DNA of 64,000 nucleotides from an uncultured Acidobacteriota bacterium (GTDB lineage Bacteria > Acidobacteriota > Vicinamibacteria > Fen-336): NCBI GenBank assembly GCA_963742595.1, contig CAVUMT010000001.1, positions 3,946,482 through 4,010,481 of the forward strand, written 5' to 3'. The first letter of the stretch is position 1, and every line of letters begins with the position of its first letter. Shown piece by piece: positions 36,475-46,187 of the stretch. The position numbers were made by a program, and so were the translations under genes. The notes beneath the pieces were generated by a model. That model did no database searches. It saw nothing but the letters and a program-made list of their open reading frames with translations, and had not been told where the DNA came from.

Positions 36475-38120
36475 TCAGTACCGCTTCAGGACGATCAGGG
36501 TCCGGTCGTCGGTGGCCTTGGCGCCCTCCGCGAAACGGTCGAGCTCGCGGAGGATCTCGTCCTGCAGGCTCGCCGCGTCCAGCCCGCGCCCGCGGATGGC
36601 GAGCTCGCATGAGCCCCTGCTCCCCGAACTCGTCGCCCTCGGGGTTCCAGGTCTCGGTCACCCCGTCCGAGAAGACGAGGAGGGTGTCGCCGCGGCGCAG
36701 CTCCACGAGGCCGTCCGCATAGGGCACGGACTCGAAGATGCCGAGCACCATCCCCCCGTCCTGCAGCTTCTCGACGTTGCCGTCGGAGCGGATGAGGAGG
36801 GGTGGGTTGTGGCCCGCGTTCACGTAGGAGAGCACGCCCGTCTCCGCGTCGAGGGCGGCCATGAAGAAGGTCACGTACTTGTTGGTCGGGGACGTTCTGG
36901 CACACCGTGCGGTTGATCCGGTTGACCGCCTCCGCGATCTTGGGCTCCGTCCAGTGTCCGCGCACCGCCGCCCGCAGGACGGTCATGAGGAGAGCGGCCC
37001 CCGTGCCCTTCCCGGACACGTCGCCCAGGGCGAGGAGGAGGCGCCGGCCCTCGACGGCGAAGTCGTAGTAGTCGCCCCCCACCGTGCGGCAGGGGTGGTT
37101 CGAGCCCACGAGCCCGTAGCCCTCGACCTTGGGCGCCTCCCGCGGCAGGAGGCCCCACCTGGATCTCCGCCGCCATCTTCATGTCCTCTTCCATGCGCCG
37201 CTTCTCGAGGCTCTCCTCGAGCAGCCGCACGTTCTCGATCTTGGCCGCGGCCACGTTGGCGAGCGCGGTGAGGATCCGGAGGTCCTCCTCCCCGAAGGAG
37301 TGGGCGTGCTGCAGCGTGTCGAGGTAGACGAGGCCGATCACCATGTCCTTGCCGCTCCCTCCGGGGCTGAACCAGAGGGGGGCGCACATCGCGGAGCGGA
37401 TCCCCGAGGCGAGGATGCTCTGCTCGGCGCGGAAGCGCGCGTCTTCCATGATGTTGGGCAGGAGGAGGGAGACGCGGTCCTCCAGCACCCGGCGGGCGAT
37501 GGAGCGGCTCACCTGGGCGATGGATCCGCCCGCGCCGGCTGCGCGAGGCCTTGACCTGCAGGGCGCGGGGGATCGCCCTCGAGGAGCGAGGATCGCCCCC
37601 CGCTCCGCGGGCACCGCCTCGAAGAGGAGGTCGAGGACGAGGTCGAACAGCTCGTTCAGCGGCCGGTGCACCACGAGCTCGCTCGCCGCCTTGCTCAGGA
37701 TGGAGAGCACACGGTTCTGTCGCTGCGAGCTCCGCGGGGTCGATGGCGGGCTTCGTGTTGATGTCGCAGAGCTCGCGGACGGAGAAGACGCGCGTCCCCT
37801 CCGGCTCCTCCTCCCGGGTCCTCGCCCTCCTCGGCGCAGAAGGTCAGGCTGTGCTCGCCCAGGGTGATCACGTCGCCCGTCGCGGAGCCGCCGCTCGTCC
37901 TTGACGGGCTGGCCGTTGAGGAGGGTGCCGTTCTTGCTCTGCGAGGTCGAGGACGTAGTATCCGTCCGCCCTTCTGGAGGATCTCCGCGTGGTGGCGGGA
38001 GAGCCATTGATCGGGGAGGAAGATGTCGCTCTCCCGCGAGCGGCCGATCGTCACCCGGTTCTTGACGAGCGGGAAACGCTCCTTGGCCCCGTCCGCGGTC
38101 TGGATGGCGATCTCGGGCAT
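36475..38120 (-). CDS. FHA + GAF + PP2C/SpoIIE phosphatase (frameshifted)
   Basis: FHA IGRSRE..LSRHHA..SKNGT; GAF IRSAMCAPL; VGGDYYD, GDVSGKG, FSDGVTE, DDRT. Confidence 0.88.
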
Positions 38121-38150
38121 GGCAGATTGGACTCGCGCGAAGGGACAAGT

Positions 38151-39107
38151 CTAGCACCTCGTCCGGGCCGCCCGTTCCGCCGCCGCGGCGAGATCCGCGG
38201 CCACGCGCTGGCGGAGGATTTCGGGGGCGACGACCTCGACCCGGGGGCTGAGGCCCATGGCGAAGAACCGCGCCTGCTCTTCGTCCTCGAACTGGACGCG
38301 CAGGGTGACCCATCCCCCGGCATCCTCCGTCCCCTCGACCGGCGACGTGTTCTGCCACGCGCGGATCTGCTCCGCCGCCCGCGGCTCGAGCCGGAACGTG
38401 GCCTCGTAGCGCGGGCGGTTCCGCAGCTCCTCCGTGGACGATTTCCAGTAGGCGGCGAGGTCGAAGTCCGCCGGGCGCTCGGCCGGCCGGTCGAGGAGCC
38501 GTGCGTCCTCGATCCTCGAGACGCGATACGTCCGGAAGCCGTCGGGCGTCCGGGCCACGAGGTACCAGGCGCCTCCCTTGGCCACGAGGCCGAGAGGGTC
38601 GAGCGTGCGCGCGACGCCCTCCTGGCCGGGAGCGCGATACCGGATCGCGAGCTTACGGTCGCGGGCCACCGCGTCCTGGACGATGGGGAGCATGGTCAAG
38701 CTCTCCGGCGCGCCCCTCCAGCCGGTGGTGTCCACGTGCAGGCGCTGGCGGATCGAGGCCGCCTGCTCGCGCATCGAGGTGGGGAGCGCGGCCATGAGCT
38801 TGTCGAGCGCGCGCTCCGCGGCGCGGGCGAGCCGCGGATCGCCGAGGACGCGCGGCTGCGCCATGAGGAGCGCCCGCAGCTCCGCCTCGTCGAGCCCGGG
38901 CACGCGCGTGCGCCATCCCTCCTCGAGCTGCCACCCCCCGTGCGATCCGCGCAGGGCGAACACGGGCACGCCGGCGGCGCCGAGCGCCTCCATGTCGCGG
39001 TGAACGGTGCGCAGCGACACCTCGAGCCGCTTCGCGAGCTCCCGGCCCGTGAGACGTCCGTGCGCCTGCAGGAGGAGAAGCGTCGACAGCAGCCGGTCGG
39101 CCCTCAC
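38151..39107 (-). CDS. YafY-like HTH-WYL transcriptional regulator
   Basis: RADRLLSTLLLLQ..LAKRLEVSLRTVHRD..GG; PLGLVAKGGAWYLVA; RTYRVSRI; GTG start after a GGAGG RBS. Confidence 0.9.
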   Translation of the reverse strand: MRADRLLSTLLLLQAHGRLTGRELAKRLEVSLRTVHRDMEALGAAGVPVFALRGSHGGWQLEEGWRTRVPGLDEAELRALLMAQPRVLGDPRLARAAERALDKLMAALPTSMREQAASIRQRLHVDTTGWRGAPESLTMLPIVQDAVARDRKLAIRYRAPGQEGVARTLDPLGLVAKGGAWYLVARTPDGFRTYRVSRIEDARLLDRPAERPADFDLAAYWKSSTEELRNRPRYEATFRLEPRAAEQIRAWQNTSPVEGTEDAGGWVTLRVQFEDEEQARFFAMGLSPRVEVVAPEILRQRVAADLAAAAERAARTRC

Positions 39108-39169
39108 GTGGGAACCTCCAGGGCGCGGCGATCCGGCCCGCCCTCCAGGTTCGAGGTTAGGCCTTATAT

Positions 39170-39193
39170 ATGTCAGTCGCCGACATGATTGTA
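39170..39193 (-). promoter_or_regulatory. Putative -10 box and inverted-repeat operator of the WYL regulator
   Basis: TACAAT (39193-39188, minus) followed immediately by ATGTC-N7-GACAT (39170-39186). Confidence 0.4.
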
Positions 39194-40177
39194 CTAGTCG
39201 GTCCGCTTCCGCGCGGGCGGCCGCTTCTTCACGGCGAAGTAGCCCTTGCGAACCCGCACCTGCACGTCGGGGCGGCTCGGGATCTTGAGCGAGATCTGGC
39301 GGTAGCCGCCGTCGGGCGCGCGCTTGGGCGAGTAGGCGAGGAGGTAGTGGTTCTTGAGCTCGTTGGAGATCGCCTGGAAGACCTTGGCGAGGTCGCCGAC
39401 CTTGTCCGGGAAGAAGTAGTCCCCGCCCGTCTCGTCCGCGACCTTCTTGAGGAAGCCCTTGGCGCTTCCTCCAAACACCCCCGAGCCGCCCCCCTGGAAG
39501 CCGATGGAATAGACGGTGGCCTCGACCGCGCGCGCGTAGTCCACCACGTCCTGGTCCCGAAGCGAGCTCGTGGTGTCGGCGCCGTCGCTGAAGACCACGA
39601 TGGCCTTGCGCCCCGGCTCGTCCTTGATCCGGCCCAGGCTGTAGTGGAGCGCGTCGTAGAGGCTCGTGCCTCCCCACGCCTGCAGCCCGTCCACGAAACG
39701 CTCCAGGCGGTCCGAGTCGCTCGTGAACTCGACGCTCGCCTTGACGCTCTCGTTGAAGCTGACCACGAGGGCGCTGTCGACCTCCTCGAGCTTGTAGACG
39801 AAGGTCAACACCGCTTCCTGCAGGAAGCGGAGGTTGCGGTTCATGCTGCCGCTCGTGTCGAGGACGAGCACCACGGAGAGGGGAATGCGCTCCTCTCCCG
39901 GCCCCGCGGCCTCCCGGAAATACGAGACCTCCTGGGGGACCCCGTCCTCGGAGAGCTGGACGTCCTTGGGCCCCAGTCCATTCACGAAGCGCCCGGACTT
40001 GTCGAAGACGACCGCGGTGACGGAGACGACGTCCACCGCCACCTCGAGGGTGAGGGGCGGGGGGGTGGGAGCGGGCGTCTGGGAGGGAGAGGGGGAGGGA
40101 GCGACCGTCTGCGCGGACGCGCGCAGGCCCAAGGTCATCGCCCCCAGGGCGAGGAGGTGCTTACCGCGCGATCTCAC
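39194..40177 (-). CDS. VWA-domain protein (acidobacterial VWFA-related type), exported
   Basis: Signal peptide; V.VTAVVFDKSG..L; MIDAS DTSGS, GGTSLYDA, FSDGAD; YLLAYSP..RKGYF. Confidence 0.88.
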   Translation of the reverse strand: MRSRGKHLLALGAMTLGLRASAQTVAPSPSPSQTPAPTPPPLTLEVAVDVVSVTAVVFDKSGRFVNGLGPKDVQLSEDGVPQEVSYFREAAGPGEERIPLSVVLVLDTSGSMNRNLRFLQEAVLTFVYKLEEVDSALVVSFNESVKASVEFTSDSDRLERFVDGLQAWGGTSLYDALHYSLGRIKDEPGRKAIVVFSDGADTTSSLRDQDVVDYARAVEATVYSIGFQGGGSGVFGGSAKGFLKKVADETGGDYFFPDKVGDLAKVFQAISNELKNHYLLAYSPKRAPDGGYRQISLKIPSRPDVQVRVRKGYFAVKKRPPARKRTD

Positions 40178-40761
40178 GCGGGCTCGACCGGGGCCGGAGT
40201 CGCGGCGAGGCGGCGCGCGGCCCAGCCTCCCGCGAGCACGACGAGGAGCACGACGAGCAGGGGGACTAGGAGGGCGAGGGCGAATAGGGCGACCGTGATC
40301 ACGTCTTCGAGCACGCTCAGGATCGGGTTGGCGAGGCCGCCCGTGAGGACGGTGGAGGCGGCCCGGAGCGCAGACTTCGCCGCGTGGGGTACGAGCGCGG
40401 CGGGCGCGCCTATGGCCACCCCCAGCACGATCGCGGTCAAGGGGTCGGGAACGAAGCCGAGCACGGAGGCGGCGAGGAGCGCTCCCACGGCCGGGCGCAG
40501 CGGGGTCCCGATCACGTCGAGCGCGTGGTCCACCGCGGGGATCTTGTCCCCCACGAGCTCGAGAACGGTGGCCGCCGCGAAGATGAGGAGGGCCTTGTCG
40601 GAAGCGAGGAACTGGAAGGCGGGGCCGAGGTCGAGGAATCCCAGCCGGGCCACGCTGCCCGCGAGGAGGAGGGGGAGCCAGGCCCGGAAGCCCGCGCAGG
40701 CCGCGAGGGCGATCGCGAGCCCGACCGTGTAGAGGTGCGCCGGGAGCGACGAGGCGTCCAT
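40174..40761 (-). CDS. DUF4126 membrane protein
   Basis: LAACAGFRAWLPL, E..GDKIPAVDH..D, NPILSVLED. Confidence 0.85.
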   Translation of the reverse strand: MDASSLPAHLYTVGLAIALAACAGFRAWLPLLLAGSVARLGFLDLGPAFQFLASDKALLIFAAATVLELVGDKIPAVDHALDVIGTPLRPAVGALLAASVLGFVPDPLTAIVLGVAIGAPAALVPHAAKSALRAASTVLTGGLANPILSVLEDVITVALFALALLVPLLVVLLVVLAGGWAARRLAATPAPVEPA

Positions 40762-40767
40762 GGTTCG

Positions 40768-40797
40768 AGCCTAGGTCCGGTCGTCTCCGGGTGTCAA
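40768..40797 (-). promoter_or_regulatory. Sigma-70 promoter, probably leaderless transcript
   Basis: TTGACA-N18-TAGGCT, ATG 6 nt downstream, no RBS. Confidence 0.6.
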
Positions 40798-40807
40798 GGA
40801 GGCGGAG

Positions 40808-41575
40808 TCACTCGCCGTGGAGCGTCACCTGGAAGCTCTCCACGTTCTTCATCTGCTTGCCCTTGAACTCCATGAAGCCGCGGGCCTGCTCCGCCGACAC
40901 CGCGTTCGCGCGGATCGCGCGCACCTCCACCACCGCCTCCCCGCCCGTGAGGTCGCGCCAATGCGGCTCGAGGGCGGTCCCCTCGTTGGACTGGTAGCTC
41001 ACCCGGATCCGCCGTGTCCCCAGCCAACCCCGGGGCAGCTCGAGGGCGAGGCGGACGCGACCCTCGCGCACTTCCGGGGGAGCGAGGAGGACGCCGGGCA
41101 CGGGGAGGAGCTTGAGCGCCTCCGGATCGAAAGCGAAGGAGTTGACCACCGCCTTGGGCAGGTCGCCGGGGTCGAGCGTCGTGTCCACGTACGCGGCCAC
41201 CGTCTTGTCGTCCAGGCGGATGACGAACTGGAGCGAAGGATCCGCGGGAGGCGTCTTGGGGTCCCACGCCTGCCAGAACGTGTTGCCGCCGAGGTCGAGG
41301 ACGAGACGGAGCGGCGAGGGGGCCGGAGCGGCGGGGACGGTCGGGGCCTGCACGGGCGCGCGCAGCTGCTCCTCCGTGCCGTCTTCCTTCTTGATGCGGT
41401 CCACCTTTTCGACGGGGATGACGAGGAGGCCGTAGGGCGTCTGCACCCGGATCCGACGCGTGCCCCGGGCCACGATCTTGCCCGTGATCTGGTCGCCGTC
41501 GCGCAGGACGACGGTGTCCGCGCCCGCGGACGCGGCGACGAGGAGCAGGCCCACCCGCGCGAGGCTTTTCCTCAA
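40808..41575 (-). CDS. Hypothetical secreted protein
   Basis: TTG start overlapping the upstream stop; signal peptide then ADTVVLRDGDQITG (SHD1-like N-terminal motif). Confidence 0.6.
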   Translation of the reverse strand: MRKSLARVGLLLVAASAGADTVVLRDGDQITGKIVARGTRRIRVQTPYGLLVIPVEKVDRIKKEDGTEEQLRAPVQAPTVPAAPAPSPLRLVLDLGGNTFWQAWDPKTPPADPSLQFVIRLDDKTVAAYVDTTLDPGDLPKAVVNSFAFDPEALKLLPVPGVLLAPPEVREGRVRLALELPRGWLGTRRIRVSYQSNEGTALEPHWRDLTGGEAVVEVRAIRANAVSAEQARGFMEFKGKQMKNVESFQVTLHGE

Positions 41576-43232
41576 TTGCCCTTCCTGAACAGCTTCTTGA
41601 TGAGGCCGCCGCCGGTCGTCCCCTTCTCGGGGCTCGGGGACTCCACGGCGAGCGAAGCCATTTCCGAGATGGCACTCTCGTGATCGGGCTGGAGCTCGAG
41701 GACCTTCCGAAGCATCGACTCCGAGCGGGCCTTGAGGCCGCCCGCCTTGTAGATCATGCCCAGCATGAAGTGGGCCTCCACGTGCTTGGGGTCGATGCGG
41801 AGGAGCTCCTGCAGGGTCCTTTCCGCATCCTTCACCCACTTCGGGTTCTTGACCTTCGCCTTGGCCATCGCGATGTGGCCGCGGGCGACGAGCTTGGGGT
41901 TCCTCGCGTGGGGGAGCGCGGGATCGAGGAGCTGGATCGCGTCCCAGTACTTCTCCTTCTCGATGAGCTTTTCCGCGCGGCGGATGTCGTCCTCCGCCTG
42001 CTTGGCGAGCGCCTCGGGGTCGGGAGGGGCCGCCGGGGGCTCGGGCTCGGGAGGACCGGGCAGCACCCTGCCCCCCGTGTCGCGGGGAAGGCGCGATTCG
42101 TAAGCCTCCCGGGTCCTCGAGTTCTTGAGCGTCTCGTAGGCGTCGCCGAGCCGGATGAACAGCGCCTCGAGCTGGTCGCGCAGGTCTCCCAGCGACTCGC
42201 CGTGGTGCACGTCGGGATGGAACCGCTTGGCGAGCCGGAAGTATGCCTCCTTCACCTGGGTTTCCGTGGCCGTGCGCTCGATGCCCATGAGCTCGAAGAA
42301 ATTTTTCTGCTTCATGGTATCGAAGGCTTCGAGGATCTCGGCCCGCCGGCTCGCTCCGACGTCCGCCGCGGGAGTGGTGGGGGCCGGCAAGGATGCCGCG
42401 GTGGCGACGGGCGGCTCGGCCGAAGGAGCAGGCGACGAGGGGGGCGGAGGGGGCGGAGCGGGCGATGGAGGCGGAACGGCCGGCGAGGGGGCGGGCCGCG
42501 GCGGGGGCGCGCCCGCACGGATCTTCTTCTCCCCGTACTCGACGATCCCCGTGCACAGCAGCCCGAAGAGGCTGCTGCTGCGTCTCGTCCGCGGGCAGGG
42601 GGATGAGCTGGATGACTTCCCGCGCCGTCGTCGTGTCGTCCACCCGCGACAGCACGAAGCCGTCCGCGGGGGAGAGCGTGATCTTCTGGAAGCGGAGGAG
42701 CGGGTCGCGCGACTGGAGGAGGACGCGGTCTATGTCGCCGAGGGCGTAGCGCACCACGTCGGGATCGGTCGTCGCGCGCACCGCTTCCAGGATGAGCTCG
42801 CCGGTGGAGAACCTGAGCGTGAGCTCCGACTCCGCCTCGGGGACCTCCTCCTCCACGAACTCGTAGGTGCCCTCGTTCCAGGAGAACACGCGGGCGAGGC
42901 TGTCGTGCACGTGGAGGGCGATCGCGTTCTCGAGCTGGTCCCTCGTCGAGCGCCCCGAGCTGGATGAGAGCCTGCCCGAGGCGCATCTTCTGCCGCACGA
43001 CGAACTCGGTGGCCCGCGCGAGGTCGTGGGCGGAGACGAGCCCGCGCTTCTGCAGGAGCTCCCCGAGCCGTCCCTCCGTCACGTTGGTCTGGACGTTGAT
43101 GATCGTCCCGCGCGCGAAGCGGACGCTGTAGCGGTCGCCGCCGCGCAGGAACTGGAGGGTCCCGCTCTTGCGGCCGACGTAGATCTCCCGAAGGAGACCG
43201 GGGAGAACACCCTCCTCTATGGTTCCCTGCAT
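41572..43232 (-). CDS. DUF4388 + MshEN-like motif + J-domain + TPR protein (frameshifts ~42950, ~42590)
   Basis: GLLREIYVGRKSGTL; RLGELLQKRGLV; WNEGTYEF; Pro/Ala linker; AYFRLAKRFHPD; TPRs. Confidence 0.8.
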
Positions 43233-43301
43233 CTCGCGATGATTTCGGGAGTATAGCGCCAGTTCTCCCGGGGACGGGACGGCTCCCGCCCTCGCGAGGC
43301 G

Positions 43302-44344
43302 CTACTTCTTGCGCGCGGGTCGGTCCTTCAGCTCCTGGAGGTTGAAGCGGTGGACGAGCGACAGGTCCTTCATCGTGACGACACCCGGCCGCGCGGCCAT
43401 CACCTTGGGGATGGCGTTCACGGCGATGGCGGCGGTCGCGATGTCCCCCGCCACCCCCCCCGACGATCGTGACGTCGATGGGGGGATCGCCGTCCACGAG
43501 CACGTGGTCGCGCGGGGATTCCGCCCCCACGTACATCTGGAGGTCGAGGCTGATCGCGAGCTCGCCGTCCCGGTAGCCCCGGGCGGACTGCTTGATCCCC
43601 GCCGCCGCTCCCGCCGGGAACCGCAGGTACTCGGTGTCGAGGTCGCGGGGGGCGATCGCGGGCTCCATGGTCTCGTCCACGCGGTCGAGCTTCCAGCCCA
43701 GTCCGTGCGCGATCATGTAGACGGACTCGGCGAGGCCCACGTGGCGGACGGAGTTCTCGGTCACGCGCCCGGCGGAACTGGCTGAGGTTGAGCCCCGCCC
43801 CCACCTTGCGCTGCAGAGGGAGCCGTCGTGACCCCGCGTCCACCACCCGGGTGACGGCGATTCGCTTGACCCTGGCGCAGGGGGCGGTGAGCACGAGCGC
43901 GAGGGTATCCATCGCGTAGCCGGGGTTGACACCGGTGCCCAGCACGATGACCTTCTTCCGCTGCGCGAGGCGGTCCAGCTCCCGGAAGTGCGACTGGTTC
44001 GCGGGGGGTGGGGAAGGCTCAGCTCCTCGCAGGTGCGTCACCACGTTCATGCCGCGCTGCACGAGGGCGGCGATCTGCGGCTTCACGTCCTTCAGGGAGG
44101 AGCCGGTGCAGAGGATGGCGAGGTCGGCCCTCGACTTGCGCACGAAGCGCGCGGGATCGCCCGCGACCTTGATCCGCAGCTTCCGGGGAAGCCCGAGCAC
44201 CACTCCCAGGTCCTTGCCCGCGTGCTGGGGCGAGGGATCGGTGGCCCCCACGACCTGGAGCCCTTCCGTGCCGAGGACGAGCTTCGCGATTCCCTGCCCG
44301 ATGGGTCCCAGCCCGACGAGCACGACCTTCAGGGGACGAGCCAT
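43302..44344 (-). CDS. NAD(P)-dependent dehydrogenase, 2,4-diaminopentanoate dehydrogenase / native amine dehydrogenase family (frameshifted)
   Basis: GLGPIG Rossmann motif; VVTTCEEL on reconstruction; GTGVNPGYAMD; QRKVGAG; HVGLAES; GDIATAA..NAIP. Confidence 0.75.
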
Positions 44345-44399
44345 CTTCTTCCTCGTGGTTCGGTCCGTCGTTGCGCCCGGCGTCCCCCGGGCTTCTCGC

Positions 44400-44630
44400 C
44401 TAACGCTCGACCTCGATGGTCGCCACCGTCTCCTCCTCCGCCTCCACCGCCATGATCACGGTGGACTGGATGGGGAGCAGGGTGGTGTAGTTCTTCCCCG
44501 AGGCCTCGAGCAGGACCTCGAAGAACCCGTCGGGGGCCACCCGCACGAGACGACCCTTGGCCACCTTCGCCCCCAGGGTATTGGCCAGGATCTCGCTGTA
44601 GATCCGAACGGTCGCCTCGCGGTCGATCAT
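44400..44630 (-). CDS. 76-aa hypothetical protein
   Basis: MIDREATVRIYSEILAN..EVER; starts 2 nt after the lat stop; GC-typical codon use. Confidence 0.7.
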   Translation of the reverse strand: MIDREATVRIYSEILANTLGAKVAKGRLVRVAPDGFFEVLLEASGKNYTTLLPIQSTVIMAVEAEEETVATIEVER

Positions 44631-44632
44631 GT

Positions 44633-45968
44633 CTATAGCTCCTTCAGGCTCTTGCGCACGATCTCCAGGCCCCGGTCCGCGTCCGCCTCGGTCAGGTTGA
44701 GGGCGGGGCGGAAGCGAAGCGACCGCACTCCGCTCATCAGGAGCAGGAGCCCGTTTTCGATGATGCGCTCGTGGGCCTTCTTGCGAATCTCCGGGGTGGG
44801 AAGATCGAGGGCGATCATGAGCCCCTTGCCCCGGGCGTTCGTGACGAGCGGGCGAGAGCTCGCGCTCCAGCGACTCGAGCCCGCGCCGGAGGTGCTCGCC
44901 CACCATGCGCGCGTTCTCCACCAGGCGGTCCTCCGCGATGATCTCGAGGAAGCGCGCGCAGCGCACCATGTCCGTGAGCCCGCCGCCCCAGGTGGAGTTG
45001 ATGCGCGAAGGAACCTTGAAGACGTTCTCGGGCTCCTCGTCCACCTTCGGTCCCACGAGGCACCCGCAGCACCTGCGTCTTCTTGCCGAAGGCGAGGGCG
45101 TCCGGGCTGCAGGCCGAAGTGCTCGTGGGCCCACATCCGGCCGGTGAGCCCGATGCCCGTCTGCACCTCGTCGACGATGAAGAAGCAGTCGTACTTCCGC
45201 GCCGCCGCCTGGAGAGCGCGCAGGAACTCGGGGCGGAAGTGGTTGTCCCCTCCCTCGGCCTGGATGGGCTCGATGATGATCGCCGCGATGTCGTCGGGGT
45301 GGTCGACGAAGGCCTTCTCGATCTGCTCGAGCGACCGCTGCTCCGCGGCGATCACGTCCCGCTCCACCTCCGGGGTCACCGGGAAGCGGAGCTTGGGGTT
45401 GTCGACGCGGGGCCAGGGGAACTTGGGGAAGTAGTCGGTCTTGCGGGGATCGGTGTTGGTGAGGGAGAGCGTGTAGCCGCTGCGGCCGTGGAAGGCCTCG
45501 CGGAAGTGGAGGACCTGCGTCCCCTTCTCACCGGGGATTCCCTTCGCCTTGTTGCGGCGCACCTTCCAGTCGAACGCGACCTTGAGCGCGTTCTCGACGG
45601 CGAGGGCCCCTCCCTCTACGAAGAAGGCGTGCGGGAGAGAGGAGGGGATGGCGTGCCGGGCGAACGTCTCCACGAACTGCGCGTACTCCACGCTGTAGAC
45701 GTCCGAGCAGCGAGGGCTTCAGCTGCGCGACCCGCTGGAGCGTGCGCAGGAATTCCGGCTCCTTCATCTTCGCGTGGTTGTATCCGAGGGGGTTCGAGCC
45801 GAAGAACGTGCAGAAGTCCAGGTAGTCGCGTCCCCGGCGCGCGTCGTGGAACCACGAGCCGTGGCTCCTCTCGAAGTCGAAAACGAGGTCGAAGCCGTCG
45901 GCGAGGAGGTGACGGCCGAGGATCGAATGGACGTCCGCCGGGGAAACCGGCAGCAGGGTCGTGCTCAT
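44633..45968 (-). CDS. lat: L-lysine 6-transaminase, class III PLP (frameshifts ~45710, ~45065)
   Basis: ADGFDLVFD..SHGS, FFVEGGALAVENALK.AFDWK, AFHGRSGYTLSLT, IEPIQAEGGD, DEVQTG, AFGKK, INSTWGG. Confidence 0.88.
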
Positions 45969-46040
45969 GGCTTTCGAAAGCTCCGCGGAGGCGACGGCGG
46001 TTGACGGAAGGGGAGGGTGGACACGCGGACCGTCACCGCC

Positions 46041-46121
46041 TTAGGTCATCCCCCGGTCGTATTGCGACAAGAGCTCTCGATTCAACGCTTTATCCTGTGC
46101 GAAAGCGCGCAGGATCGACAT
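46041..46121 (-). CDS. Candidate 26-aa upstream ORF/leader peptide in the lat 5' region
   Basis: MSILRAFAQDKALNRELLSQYDRGMT*, preceded by GAGG and by an extended -10 TGcTAACAT (46154-46146). Not in the ORF track. Confidence 0.4.
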   Translation of the reverse strand: MSILRAFAQDKALNRELLSQYDRGMT

Positions 46122-46187
46122 CCTGCCTCGGTCGCTATGCGGGCAATGTTAGCACAGGGAACCGGGGGGGTATAATCGGTCGTCCGC

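Noticed and set aside
45969-46154. Lysine (L-box) riboswitch upstream of lat
   Set aside because: Conserved L-box core elements were not recognisable; reported instead as an unknown structured leader.
46149-46155. TTAGCAC as a CIRCE (HrcA) half-site
   Set aside because: No GTGCTAA second arm at 9-nt spacing; the bases are part of the lat extended -10.
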